Positions 25,326-52,400 of a DNA stretch of 64,000 nt are shown here, piece after piece (the first letter of the stretch is position 1; each line of letters begins with the position of its first letter). The notes under the pieces were generated by a model. That model did not search any database. It saw only the letters and a list, made by a program, of their open reading frames with translations, and was not told the origin of the DNA. Source of the stretch: Balanoglossus misakiensis (taxonomy: Eukaryota > Animalia > Hemichordata); contig CM082584.2 in assembly GCA_040954595.2 (NCBI GenBank), positions 9,068,961-9,132,960 on the forward strand, written 5' to 3'. Made by a program: the position numbers and the translations under genes.

Positions 25326-27232
25326 GTAAGTTAATGACAAAATCGGCGCAATAGTAATACACTGCACCACCGTCAGGATAGGATAATATCATCCCCGTGA
25401 ATATCAAAATCCACCTAAGGCAAACAGGTGAAGATGGGAAGATTTTAGCTCAGCTCTACAATGCATTCGATTTTTGGGAAACTTGCAAAAAGTTTTGCCG
25501 CTTATCACCAAAAGTTTCTAAGACTGTCCGAATTGTCATCAGGCTGGGTTGTCACGTACACGTTGTGTGACATGTTGTGTGAAATGTTTAGAAGTCTTCT
25601 GTGCCATACAATCCAATATCGCGAAAATTAATGATCTATAAATAAATCGTTGTAATTTAATAAATGGACTATGAGTCCTAATACGGCATAACACCCATAG
25701 CGAAAACATACGGGGATACCAGAGGCATCTGGTAATATGGCGAAAACTTGGTGTTGTGTTACAATTCTGCAGAATCGATCGGTTTCTTATACGATTTAGT
25801 GTCGCTGATGAATTCCATAGTCATCCTGACCCTGCATACGAGGCCCGTTTAACCAGTTTCCGTTTCACATAAGTTCATCGGGGTTCTACTTGGGTATGTG
25901 GCAGTTTTGACTAATGGACGCAGTTGGCGGGTAACGACGTAAACAGGGCCTGCACATTTTATCACGCATAAAATCAGCATTTGACAGATTCCTTTTATTT
26001 TTTCAGCTAATATAGCGTGCGATGGCGATGTTTGGAGCAACTTGCACGACGTTCAGCCTGAGGTAAATTTTGCTGTTTGCATTAATTTTTTTGCACGAAA
26101 AGCGGTAGATGAGATTCTTCGTTTATGGCCGATTCACGGTTTAAATGTCAAAATTACGCCGGGTTGACGTTCGGCGGTATTTGAGTGGGTGGGTGCTTTT
26201 GGTGGGTGGGTGCGGTGGTTATGATAAGGGTACAGATAATGTCAATTTTCGGGGGAAATCAAGAAAAATTGAAATTAGAAGCGTTTGTTTAGTCATACAG
26301 ATGTTGGAACACCGGCAAGTCGTGTATGTTGGCGATGACACATACTTCAGTATGTCTAAGAGTTACCACACATCAATATGTTAAGATCAAGTTCACTTTG
26401 TACTTCATCAGCGCAACTCAAAAAGTCGTTGAATTGGACGTCGTCGTCACATTGTTCGCCTCGTGACCTATGCTAATAAACCTAGTCATGGACAACGTCA
26501 TTTCGCCTTTAAGAGCCTACGACTACGTCCGTCCGTGCATAGACATAAGCTTAGTGCAGTGGCTGCGGTTCGTCCAATAAACCATAGCCCTTCTCGCCAA
26601 AGCAAGTCCCCTCTCAACCACGGTTTACTGATTGACTGGACAGCATTTATTCGACGTTTTATTATGCATGTGACCTGCGGTGCGATATTTTCAATGCATT
26701 TGTAAGGATGAGTAATATTTATCGTTTTCTTTTGTTTGTTACAGACAATAAAGTGTCTCTATGTCGGGTTCTAAGTCGACGTAGGACATTCCATTGTGCA
26801 AACATTCGAAACTGTGATTCATATGCAGATTGCCGACCCTTTACCTCCTTCTACCACCATTCCTACCTGTTGCCCATCGCTGTAGCGTCTTAACTTCTTG
26901 TCGGCTGTCAAAAAGAAACGCTTGCTGGATGTGCGAAACTTATCCCAAGATTCGCCTCGATATTGCAGCAGTGACATTATTTATGGAGCGTTCTTCGGGC
27001 TGACCTCTCCCGCTAAAGGACTCTCTGTAAAAAAATCGGTGGAATTTTTTCTGATCGGATAGAAGGTGTCGCTGTCAGGGAAGCATAGCAGAGAGGACCT
27101 TCTGGCCGCGGCGCGGGCGGAGCTCGGACTATTTGTCACCGATCTTGGTCGTTCAGGTAATCTCTCTTCAAGAAACGCCAGTCCTTAACAACGCTGAAAT
27201 TCTTGTTTAATATCGGATTTACGTGATACAGA

Positions 27233-27266
27233 ATGCCGAAGGATAAAGCAAAAGCGGCCGCACAGC
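27233..27266 (+). CDS. Probable alternative first coding exon of PKA-C (MPKDKAKAAAQ-L)
   Basis: ATG plus 11 codons and 1 nt, C|GTAAGT donor in phase 1, CpG-rich upstream region. Joins in frame to KAFLDKAREDF. Confidence 0.6.
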
Positions 27267-27340
27267 GTAAGTATTCTTCTAAATCATCTATATCGAAGAT
27301 TTACACACTTACAAACTACTCTCTCGGGCAACCATGGAAA

Positions 27341-27357
27341 GAGAGAGAGAGAGAGAG
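27341..27357. repeat. (GA)n microsatellite
   Basis: Direct observation; a similar tract is near 47239-47253. Confidence 0.8.
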
Positions 27358-30300
27358 TATGAACCCCAGGGACCTTTATTGTTAAACCGTTCTGGTCAGT
27401 TTAAATCTTAGATTTTGTTGTTTGTTCAAAACCGGTTACTACTTCTCCCGCCAAGCATGAGTAATTTGTTCTTCAAATATATCATGAGCGGTACAAATAT
27501 CTGAGTTGCTCTATCAATGATGCATGACTGTCCCTATCGCTGCTAACAAGGCACTAGATCTAACACTAGAGCACAATGAAGCAAGCACCATTATCCGTTA
27601 ATACCAGAAAAGAGACATTCGCCGGGGGATAATAGCACGAAGACACTGCCCTTACAAAACGGATGAAAGGGCTTAAACAGCGGCAATGAAAACTCATCGC
27701 GTCTGACACGTCGATGACAATTCATCCTTTCTATTGTGCCAATAGGCTGCCACGATTTGGCCAACACCAATATCCCTCGGTTCCCAACTTCCCAAACCTT
27801 TTCCGACGGAATTTTTACGAGGGCGGTGTTATTTTTATCGTCTATGTGTCAACAAACCGTTGTTGGTCAAATGAATGATGGTCGCCAGTGTCTCTTTAAC
27901 GTGACACATTCCTCTGCAAGGTGGAAGAAAATGGTAGATTTCAGTTTCATAAATATTTTATAAGATGGGTTGCTATACTTTTCGTCACTTGGCTCATACG
28001 CCGCGCCGTTAAGTGCTTACGAGTCTGTGTCTTGCGGGGGTTCGGTGTCTTCAGGCTGTTGTATATAGCGATCCTTCAACTCACCTCCACCGAACAATGT
28101 GACAATTTGAAATGAACAATGGGAGTAAGAAAGGAAGATGGTGTGTTTACATCTTGGTGCACTGGGTTTAGCGAACCGTGTTGTGTGGGTCGTCTGGAGA
28201 CCGCGGAGTTATCATACCCCGACCGCGACCATGGCTCATGAACTATTTGAATGCAGAGTTTGCCTAATAATATACCAGATTGAACCATCCCCGTATTCGT
28301 ATACATTCCTTGTTGGTCGTGAAACTTCCCATATGTCGTGACACCACAAAGTGGTGATATGCAGCAATTTATTCGTCCGTTATGTACGATCTCGTTAACG
28401 TTCTTCACAGCTCAATACTGCCCGTGTTACGAGAAGTGCTTTGATTGATAATGGTTTACAAAACCAATATTTAACCTTCGCAGCCAGAAAGCAGAAGAGT
28501 CAATAACTAAGGTTAAGTTTACTCTCCCGTTACTTGAGACGAGCACTGCGTATCCATTCCAACTCACACAATTCCAGGTGGAATTCCAGCCACTTTCTTT
28601 AAAAAGGTTTTTTTTTTCCGTAGTTCTGGCCCTGGTCCTTGCATTTTCATATACTTTATTAGAGTGAAAATTTTAAGAAAAAGTCTTTGCATATGTTCTA
28701 ATCGTTGGTTATGATATTGCACATCTCCCCGTGAGCTGTCGTAACGTCGTCTTCCATTACAAAATGACATGTCTGTCACCGAGGCGAGACTTAACAAGTG
28801 ATGTATCTATGACAAGGAATATATTGCTGGTATGCAAAGCCCGATGCAGTCTAGGACAGCTTCATAAATTAAGAGAGGGGTCGGGGAATGTTACAATCGT
28901 GTCTGCCATGGCTGGAAAGTCTACGGGAGATCTCCCATTAACAGGTTCCAAACCACACCCTTCGTCAATATCAATGAGATCACGCTGACGCAACAGGTGT
29001 TACTAAACACCGATCAAGTGCTCGGTTCTATGCGCAATCCGATTCTTTGGCTAATACAATGTGTAATCTAATCGAGATACACGTTGAAAGTTGATTGTTT
29101 GCGTCCAAGTTTCCGATGTGACCTTCGACCCAGATTGTGCCAAGCATCAGCAGATCGCCTTTGTGTACAGCGTGTAAGCTAATAGTTCTGGTTTCAAATC
29201 TAAGCACTGGCGAAATAGATCTGAATATATACTTCTCAATAGTGAATTAAAAGCCACGTCGGGGAAAGCATAGTGGTTGACTTTTCAGGCAAACAAGGAG
29301 GTGCTTCCTTCAGCCCTCTGCCGATGATTTTGAAATGCCGCATCGTGAAATTCCAATCTCGAATTCATCATGTGATCACTGTTCCTTCCCAGTGAAATAT
29401 CTCATTTTGATTTAACTGTATCGCCTTTGCGTCATGCTATTCCTTTTAACCATGCCAACACAATGCAACAAAACGACCGGGGAATTCTGGGATTTGTCTG
29501 TCAAGTCATTTATGTATATTACACTCAATAACGTACACATGATATATTACGTGTCATTTGAGGCCTTTGGCGAAGGCGCTATAAATTCATAATTGACTGC
29601 ATATGAAAAGTCGACGTCTTGTGGCCGGTCAGTCACCTTGTCTGCCTGTGTCATGTCGGTCACTTGGCAATTAGGTGACACTTTTCTACGAAGGACGCAC
29701 AACTCGACAGGCAAGGTAGTGCGGCTGTATTTTTTAACGAGACCCATACTGTGGCTGGCACATTCTACGAATGTTTATGTTGTCGTAAACAGAATGATGG
29801 AAATATCGGTCGACGTCGAACGTGTTCCATTCCTTCATAGTCAACCAGATAATATAACACGCAATTCTTTTCACCCACGATCTGAGTCGGTAGTACATGC
29901 ATGTTTCATTGTAACTCCAATGAACGAATTCCAACTAAGCTTAAAATATGTAACTTTTTTTTCTTATGAACAGAAAACATTTGTCCTGGGTCATACATTT
30001 GCCCCTCTGTGTTTACTCAGGGATCAAAACTGACTGGCCGGTCGGCCTGCGATCACAACCGCCCTTATTCGAAACACGTACCTGACGATGGAACAATCCA
30101 TCTTGTCATGTTGGCAAAATTAAATTTACTGAACCATTGCAACCCCGTGTGTATTATGAACCATGCAAACGAATTGAGATCCTGTTGGTGTTTTTTTTCA
30201 CTTCGGGAGACGTGCTGTTCCTCGGATTCCGAGATTACCCATTTGGGTACAGAATTATCGAAATATATCACATCAGGGGATTTTTAAAAAACTGTACCGA

Positions 30301-33300
30301 ACTTGAGAATGATTCATTTATTTGTGATGTAATAACCGTAACATGAGAGAGATTCCAGTGCTTATGGAAGGGGTGGGTTAAAAGAATCGACCGAGGTTAT
30401 TTGCAAAATGTGTCCGGGGAATCGTTTTATAAATCTAAACTGTGCTTAAAATTTATTGAAAATTTAAAGAACATTTACCCTAAACTTTGTTAGTGGATAC
30501 GTTGAAATTAAAAATTTAGAGGAGTCAAGCCCTTCCTTCCCTTTTCATTTCCCGTCAATTAATAGTGCGCATTAGACTCAAAAACTTTTCTACCTAGACC
30601 ATAATTTATCACACATGTGCAGTGATCCAAACACATGAACACTGAGTATAGGTGCGGCTGCAGTGTGCAAAAACAGTGCGGTGGCTTGCAAATTCAGTAG
30701 TGGAAGGAGGACTGAATTATTGTATATAAGGCATAAATATATCACACTTCGCACTAGCTTTCCGCTGTTGATTCGAGTGTGTGTGTTTTTTTCCTAAAAA
30801 TGATATCCCAACTTAAGATCTTCGGTAACTTTGCAAGCATGTTCACAGAGAATACATGAAGGACACCTCGCGCGAACTTTACAGAAAGGGTAATGGCCTC
30901 CTTGAAGGGACGCAGCTGTTTATCGATTACCGTTTTAACGCTTTTCTCAGCGACCACCAAGTTATCCACGTTTACAAATCGATCAACAAATTAAGCCTTC
31001 TCCAACAAGCACCTTTTCTTTGGTTCGGACAATGGGCTTACGTACTTATCTAGAGCCAGGTCAATTTGTTGCGAAGCTGAACGTATTAAACTATTAGAAA
31101 TGTACCGTGTATTCCGCAGAAAATGGTCAACTCAGAAGGAACCACACCAAATATTGAGTGGCATAAAATTGCTATCAACCTGTAGTGTCTTTATTGATTG
31201 AAATGACATGCGCATGTAGAAGGCCATGAAGAGAATAATAATGTCACTCTCAATCGTTCTCTCATCCTTGCAGTGACGTAAAGCAACCTTTACGAGTTAA
31301 TCCCCTATAAACGAATGGAATGTCGCCTGTCTGTGGCGAGGGTTTCTCACAGGTGATAAGAATATTGTACACGGATTGACAAGTGGATCCGGTTTGTTGA
31401 AAAAAGGCGATGCAGGATTAACTACCGGTATTCAGAATGTCTGTCTGTTCCATTCAGTATTGGGTAAACGGGCGCGATCTTCAAGTTGCATTGTTACACA
31501 TGGTACGCACCCAAATAATGGCCATACTATGCGCCTCGTGGCATGACCAAGCAAATATCCGTGTTTGTATTCCTACAATAATCCCAACGATTTTCCTTTT
31601 ACCGGTGATTTAATTCACAATGTTCAACTATTATAATTTTGAACTGCTTAATATTTAAAAACTGGTAGATATTAAAAATTCAGTAGAAAATTCGGTAAAG
31701 TCTCCAAGAACCCGCACTAATTAATTAAGGTTTCAATGAAACTAAACGCTTTCAGAAGTGACATCGTCATCAATCAATACTTTGTTTCGCGCTCAGTCGC
31801 ACAGTGTCAATCCATGGCATCGAAAGAAACGTCGGTTTAAAACACTTGCCCATCATACCCCACAGTAATTATTGGCCTCCAATCTGACAAATTTCCACCA
31901 GAGCGCCCTCTAAGTCAGACAACAGCGTATTACTTGTTTCTGACACTGGTCAAGAAGCTTATCATAACCACAGTCCTAGAGTGACTGTGTCATAACATAC
32001 CGAGAAAAATATTGTAAACAGCCTAACGCATCCAACCAAAAAGGGCCCAGGCTACCGACGCTGTTCACTTAAATATCTCAAAGAGAACAATAGCAGAATA
32101 ATACCGACTGATGCCACGGGAGACAGGACCAGTTTAAATACCGTTTATTGGTATTTCGTCGTATTGTTGAAGCACATCACTTTCTTGTAAACCTTTGATC
32201 CTTGACTATTTGAACATCGGCTACTTTGGCCCTCGGAGAACCTCTTCCCTGGAAACCAAGTAGAAACTCCCAAAAATGTTGGGTAAAACCGCTTCTACCA
32301 ATTCCCCAGACGAACTATCTAAACGCGACCGTAATAGGACACAAGTGAATTTTTTTAGAGATCGTCGTGGATAGGGAAAGTTAGTTATGGATTGGCATAT
32401 GCGCGTTGAATGTTTGAAAGCGCATCTCTCAAGATTCGTGGTTCCAAGACCAAGTCGCACCAGCTGCAATAATTGTAGCCATGGTGACTGGTTTGATCGC
32501 GCTGACGGCTACTTTTCGATGGGAACATCAGCGCGAGTCAGCCACTCAACCATCCCACCAAGGCTACCAATTATTGCAGTTTAAATCGCACTTCCCATGG
32601 CTAAACACTCTAGGGCCTACATCATAAACAAATTACTGGACGAAGTCCAACGCCTTGAAAAAGAGCACTTTTCTTTAAAGTCGTTAACATGGTAATCTTA
32701 AACAAAGTTTAAGTTTGGTTATTAGGTGTAATGAGAAACCGCATTGTCCACCATGGAGGACACGACAACAATTATTCTTGAAGACATATATACTCTCCCA
32801 TCCGAAACGCATTCGGTTGCCATGGTACATTTCGCCAAGGTCTTGCTCTCCGAAAAATAGGAAGACTGTGGTCGAGCCAATGACCCGTGCGAGCGGACGA
32901 CGCTATACTTGCTTGAAAGGCAATCTTATTTACATAGTTGTTAAAACAAATATTTGCGAAAATGCACTGTTCGTCAAATAAAGGGACAACAGCGAACGGA
33001 CATCGAAGTATTCCCAAATCGGCCGCCAAGTCTTCATGGCGGCCGCGTACGTTTTAGTTTCGCAGTGAAGGCCCATATCTTTGCCGGTTCTAGACATGGT
33101 GATTTACGAGCCGACACATTATCCCACCTTGTTCGTGAAAGATGTGCAAGTTTTTTCCCTCAAACAATTTGTCGCCATGGTTGAGGTGCGTTTAGCGATG
33201 CTATTTTTAGTAAAGACAAGAAAGGTGGATTCTAAAAATAGCTGCGAGCCGCCAATTCCTTATATGGCACCTAATGAATAGAAAATGGAGTGCCATGACA

Positions 33301-33707
33301 CCGACAATGGCATCCCATAATACTATTGTGATCGATATGGTTTCTGCGTACGGTAACCATTTTGAAAAAAAAACGTCCGCTTAAAATATAGTACCACGAA
33401 ATTCACACCTAAACCTATTCGATTTCAGTGTAGACAATTTTCTATTAAAAATTAAATAGAAATACCATCGTTATTCAATCAAGACATTATTTCTGAGACA
33501 GAAAAGAGAATTTGCGACGCCATGTTTGTTAGCGGATGAATACATTTTCAGTAATGGTGAGGTAAAATCCCGTGTTGTTTGCAGTGGAAGACCTTGGCCA
33601 GCAGGAATACCGGAACGTTTACGATATAATTTTTTGTGTAATATTCCCCTAATTTTAACATCATCATCATTGGAGGGTGGTGTGGTTGTCTTCCAGAAAT
33701 ATAGACC

Positions 33708-46630
<12,923 letters not shown>

Positions 46631-49480
46631 TGTCCAGGTCCCTAGTTAAAGTGTAATACTTTACACCACATCACATGTACATTACCTCTGAGAACCTTTG
46701 GTACAGGAGAGTGACGTTTTTTTAATGAAGTGCTATGTGTCATTGTTATTTTTGCTTTGTCTGTTTCATGGAAATCAACAAAGGGATGACCCGCTAATAC
46801 GTTATGATCTTTTTTGAAATAAAGAAAAAGATGTGTTGTAGATTTTACACCCTGCCACACAAGTCCCAAAAAATGACAAGCACAATTTTCAAGTGTGTAA
46901 TAATGTGCAATATGACAATTGAAACAATTGCTTGCAGACTTCATAGAAAAAAAAAATAACGGGGTTGGGGAGGGGTTGTATGAAATCCTGAGATGAAATA
47001 AAAATTAGTGTTTTATGGTTGCATTCAGGTTGATTGCTAGAAACACTGACACATAGTACTGCATGTAAGTATTTTTACTTAAAAAACAAAGATGGACTTG
47101 AAGTTGAATGTTGTCATCATCTTCTTCTTAGTCTACGACTGTTTATTTTGTAAAATCGGGTGTTGCAAAAAATGTGAGAACGAATCTGCTTTTCTGACTA
47201 ACTGACACAAGAGCTTCCAGGTGTCCTGTCTTTGAGAAAGAGAGAGAGAGAGAAAGAGGCAGGGAAGAAAGTGTCTGCCTTATGCCTGTGGCAAAGGCAC
47301 AGACCGAGGGCACAGAATAACTGGGCAGTCTGTTTCAGACCTGTCAAGTGAGGTCTTGTAAGCAAAGCAGCTCTCTAAAACTAGTCAGTGATAGTCCCAC
47401 ATGGTGTACATTTCACCCACCTTCGTTGATTTCATTTTCACCAGAGCTTACTTCTCTTGTAAATAAACACCTCCAGTAAAACTTTGATGTTCATTGCCAA
47501 GTTAGATAAAAACACTTTTCATTGTACATTTCGGATAGTTTAATGTTGATAGTTTGACAGTAGAATTTGTATGATGTTTTGGTGGTCAAAAGAAATATTT
47601 ATAAGAGCTTGGTGATAGTGTTTCCCAATCACTCCAAGGTTCAATCATTTTGAGAGCTGCTGTCCTCATGGTTGATTCTAATGGCCTGTTGGGCAGCTGA
47701 TTTTTGTTCTTCATATGCAAAACAAAACAAAAAAATATTTAAAAAAGAAAAGCAAAAAAACTGAAAAAAAAATTAAATAAAAATATCCACATGGGTCCGA
47801 TGTCAGTTGTATACTTACACCAAATTCGTTTTACTCTGAAGTACATGAAACCCTTTCTCAGACAGTTCAAACTGTGATTGGTGTTAGGATATCTGAGATG
47901 CTGGAAAGAGGTGATCGATAGAAGAAAACCAGGCAGGCCCCACAAAACTAATTCAAGCCGATATTGCGTTGTCAGTCAAGCCCAGAAATGCATGTCCGGC
48001 TGGCACTGGGGTGAAATCCAGTGTCTGTCTGGTTGTACAAGTTGTGCCATGAGAACTAAAATGTGGGGAATGTTGCTTTGCAAGAACATTTTTGTCTCAG
48101 AAAGGGGGTCAGGGCACGGCACGGGGATGGTTGCATGTTGGGCTGCTTCTTGTACATTCGACCGGAAGACTCGACTGCAGTGTAAAAAATTATTGGACAA
48201 TCAACCCGTTTTTTCTCCACAAAAGTGACTGGCACAAAAAATCAATACAGTGCTCATGTTGTTCATGTTCCAAATTTAGTTGAAAGGGCATTTAGCTTTA
48301 GTGTTACTTACGTACAGTTATTTTTCATCTGACCTTTAATTCCTCAGTGCAAAGAGCAGTTTCAGAGCAAAGGTCATCACGGTCTCTCTCCAACCACTAC
48401 CAACTTGAGTAAATCCGAGGGCAAAGGTCGTCATGCCTATGTCACTGCAGTACAGGTGCCTGTAATATTTACAAGCTCTGTGTTTCAGACATTGAAAAAT
48501 AAGCTCATACCATCCATTTGTGAATCTTGACAGCTTGTGCAAGAATTTAGAGTGATAGTTTCTACCCGGCTTTGACAGTAAGAATGGTACATACAATGTC
48601 CTCCCAGATATTACAGCCTGGCTGGATCAGAATTGAGAGGTGTTCAAACCAAGTACATTGGTCAGTTCCTCTAAGAATTGTTAACAAAGCTGGTTGTTTT
48701 CGGTCACTATCACTGTGCAGCTGCCAGTATGGCAGAACCCATCATGTGCACTGGTGTTGTTCAACTTTTGTAATTCCTCTTTGAGAAGTATTTTACCAGT
48801 TTTTTCCCAATTGTTCAGAAAAAAACCTGTACCTTGTAGTTGAATCCTTGATATTTGCATAATACGTATACCCCATTGTTTCGGGGGTTTATTCTCTCTG
48901 TGTTCATGTCAAAGTTTTATGAATGGTCCACAGCAGACATTTCTTATCTGCGAAAAACTTTGCTTGTGCTGTCTGTCTCTCAGTATTCACATTTCGGGTT
49001 TTCTGCTCTCAAAAAACAATTTTTTTCCAGAGTACATTTATTGTCGTATGTCATGTGGAAATGATCGTCAATGAATTTATAATTCAGCACTTGCAGAATT
49101 TATTTGTATCCAAACGAAATGACATCTTATGTAGAAAAAATAAGGAATTAAAAAGTTTTGTTCAGAAATCTGTGGTTTTTATTGTGGATATATTGTGGTA
49201 GTTTGAGCATGATTGAGCTTCTAGTGTGTGTGTTAGAATATGAACACATATATTGGTAATTTGAACATGGGCTTTTTAGTGTGTGTGTATGAATGTATGA
49301 TTTACGAAATCAACGTCGAACAAGCTCACCCAGAATTAAAAATTTAGTAGATGCTGCAATTTCAACATAAGCCCTCTAATGCAAGTTCAAACCACTACTT
49401 GGTAATTTCTCCTGAAAAGTTATGCAAGACTTATGAGGGCGCCCTCGATTTGCCCGAGACCAAACGATTCAGATTGTCAA

Positions 49481-52400
49481 AAAATGACAATTTTCCGACT
49501 TTGCATAAAAACCATGGGTTATAGCTCATGAAAATCATCCAGAAATGACAATTTTTCGACTTCCCGGAATTTCAAAATTTCTTCGATTTTTGATAAAAAC
49601 CATGGGTTATAGCTCATGAAAATCATCCAGAAATGACAATTTTTCGACTTCCCGGAATTTCAAAATTTCTTCGATTTTTGATAAAAACCATGGGTTATAG
49701 CTCATGAAAATCATCCAGAAATGACAATTTTTCGACTTCCCGGAATTTCAAAATTTCTTCGATTTTTGATAAAAACCATGGGTTATAGCTCATGAAAATC
49801 ATCCAGAAATGACAATTTTTCGACTTCCCGGAATTTCAAAATTTCTTCGATTTTTGATAAAAACCATGGGTTATAGCTCAGGAAAATCATCCAGAAATGA
49901 CAATTTTTCGACTTCCCGGAATTTCAAAATTTCTTCGATTTTTGATAAAAACCATGGGTTATAGCTCAGGAAAATCATCCAGAAATGACAATTTTTCGAC
50001 TTCCCGGAATTTCAAAATTTCTTCGATTTTTGATAAAAACCATGGGTTATAGCTCAGGAAAATCATACAGAAATGACAATTTTTCGACTTCCCGGAATTT
50101 CAAAATTTCTTCGATTTTTGATAAAAACCATGGGTTATAGCTCAGGAAAATCATACAGAAATGACAATTTTTCGACTTCCCGGAATTTCAAAATTTCTTC
50201 GATTTTTGATAAAAACCATGGGTTATAGCTCATGAAAATCATCCAGAAATGACAATTTTTCGACTTCCCGGAATTTCAAAATTTCTTCGATTTTTGATAA
50301 AAACCATGGGTTATAGCTCATGAAAATCATCCAGAAATGACAATTTTTCGACTTCCCGGAATTTCAAAATTTCTTCGATTTTTGATAAAAACCATGGGTT
50401 ATAGCTCATGAAAATCATCCAGAAATGACAATTTTTCGACTTCCCGGAATTTCAAAATTTCTTCGATTTTTGATAAAAACCATGGGTTATAGCTCATGAA
50501 AATCATCCAGAAATGACAATTTTTCGACTTCCCGGAATTTCAAAATTTCTTCGATTTTTGATAAAAACCATGGGTTATAGCTCATGAAAATCATCCAGAA
50601 ATGACAATTTTTCGACTTCCCGGAATTTCAAAATTTCTTCGATTTTTGATAAAAACCATGGGTTATAGCTCATGAAAATCATCCAGAAATGACAATTTTT
50701 CGACTTCCCGGAATTTCAAAATTTCTTCGATTTTTGATAAAAACCATGGGTTATAGCTCATGAAAATCATCCAGAAATGACAATTTTTCGACTTCCCGGA
50801 ATTTCAATATTTCTTCGATTTTTGATAAAAACCATGGGTTATAGCTCATGAAAATCATCCAGAAATGACAATTTTTCGACTTCCCGGAATTTCAAAATTT
50901 CTTCGATTTTTGATAAAAACCATGGGTTATAGCTCAGGAAAATCATCCAGAAATGACAATTTTTCGACTTCCCGGAATTTCAAAATTTCTTCGATTTTTG
51001 ATAAAAACCATGGGTTATAGCTCAGGAAAATCATCCAGAAATGACAATTTTTCGACTTCCCGGAATTTCAAAATTTCTTCGATTTTTGATAAAAACCATG
51101 GGTTATAGCTCAGGAAAATCATCCAGAAATGACAATTTTTCGACTTCCCGGAATTTCAAAATTTCTTCGATTTTTGATAAAAACCATGGGTTATAGCTCA
51201 GGAAAATCATCCAGAAATGACAATTTTTCGACTTCCCGGAATTTCAAAATTTCTTCGATTTTTGATAAAAACCATGGGTTATAGCTCATGAAAATCATCC
51301 AGAAATGACAATTTTTCGACTTCCCGGAATTTCAAAATTTCTTCGATTTTTGATAAAAACCATGGGTTATAGCTCATGAAAATCATCCAGAAATGACAAT
51401 TTTTCGACTTCCCGGAATTTCAAAATTTCTTCGATTTTTGATAAAAACCATGGGTTATAGCTCATGAAAATCATCCAGAAATGACAATTTTTCGACTTCC
51501 CGGAATTTCAAAATTTCTTCGATTTTTGATAAAAACCATGGGTTATAGCTCATGAAAATCATCCAGAAATGACAATTTTTCGACTTCCCGGAATTTCAAA
51601 ATTTCTTCGATTTTTGATAAAAACCATGGGTTATAGCTCATGAAAATCATCCAGAAATGACAATTTTTCGACTTCCCGGAATTTCAAAATTTCTTCGATT
51701 TTTGATAAAAACCATGGGTTATAGCTCATGAAAATCATCCAGAAATGACAATTTTTCGACTTCCCGGAATTTCAAAATTTCTTCGATTTTTGATAAAAAC
51801 CATGGGTTATAGCTCATGAAAATCATCCAGAAATGACAATTTTTCGACTTCCCGGAATTTCAAAATTTCTTCGATTTTTGATAAAAACCATGGGTTATAG
51901 CTCATGAAAATCATCCAGAAATGACAATTTTTCGACTTCCCGGAATTTCAATATTTCTTCGATTTTTGATAAAAACCATGGGTTATAGCTCATGAAAATC
52001 ATCCAGAAATGACAATTTTTCGACTTCCCGGAATTTCAAAATTTCTTCGATTTTTGATAAAAACCATGGGTTATAGCTCAGGAAAATCATCCAGAAATGA
52101 CAATTTTTCGACTTCCCGGAATTTCAAAATTTCTTCGATTTTTGATAAAAACCATGGGTTATAGCTCAGGAAAATCCTCCAGAAATGACAATTTTTCGAC
52201 TTCCCGGAATTTCAAAATTTCTTCGATTTTTGATAAAAACCATGGGTTATAGCTCAGGAAAATCATCCAGAAATGACAATTTTTCGACTTCCCGGAATTT
52301 CAAAATTTCTTCGATTTTTGATAAAAACCATGGGTTATAGCTCAGGAAAATCATCCAGAAATGACAATTTTTCGACTTCCCGGAATTTCAAAATTTCTTC

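Noticed and set aside
27700-33400. Many 60-146 aa ORFs in the PKA 5' introns
   Set aside because: No domain-like motifs or consistent splice structure; treated as random ORFs in intronic or regulatory DNA.
49565-49574. NF-kB-like site in the satellite (CGGAATTTCA)
   Set aside because: It mismatches the GGGRNNYYCC consensus at both ends.
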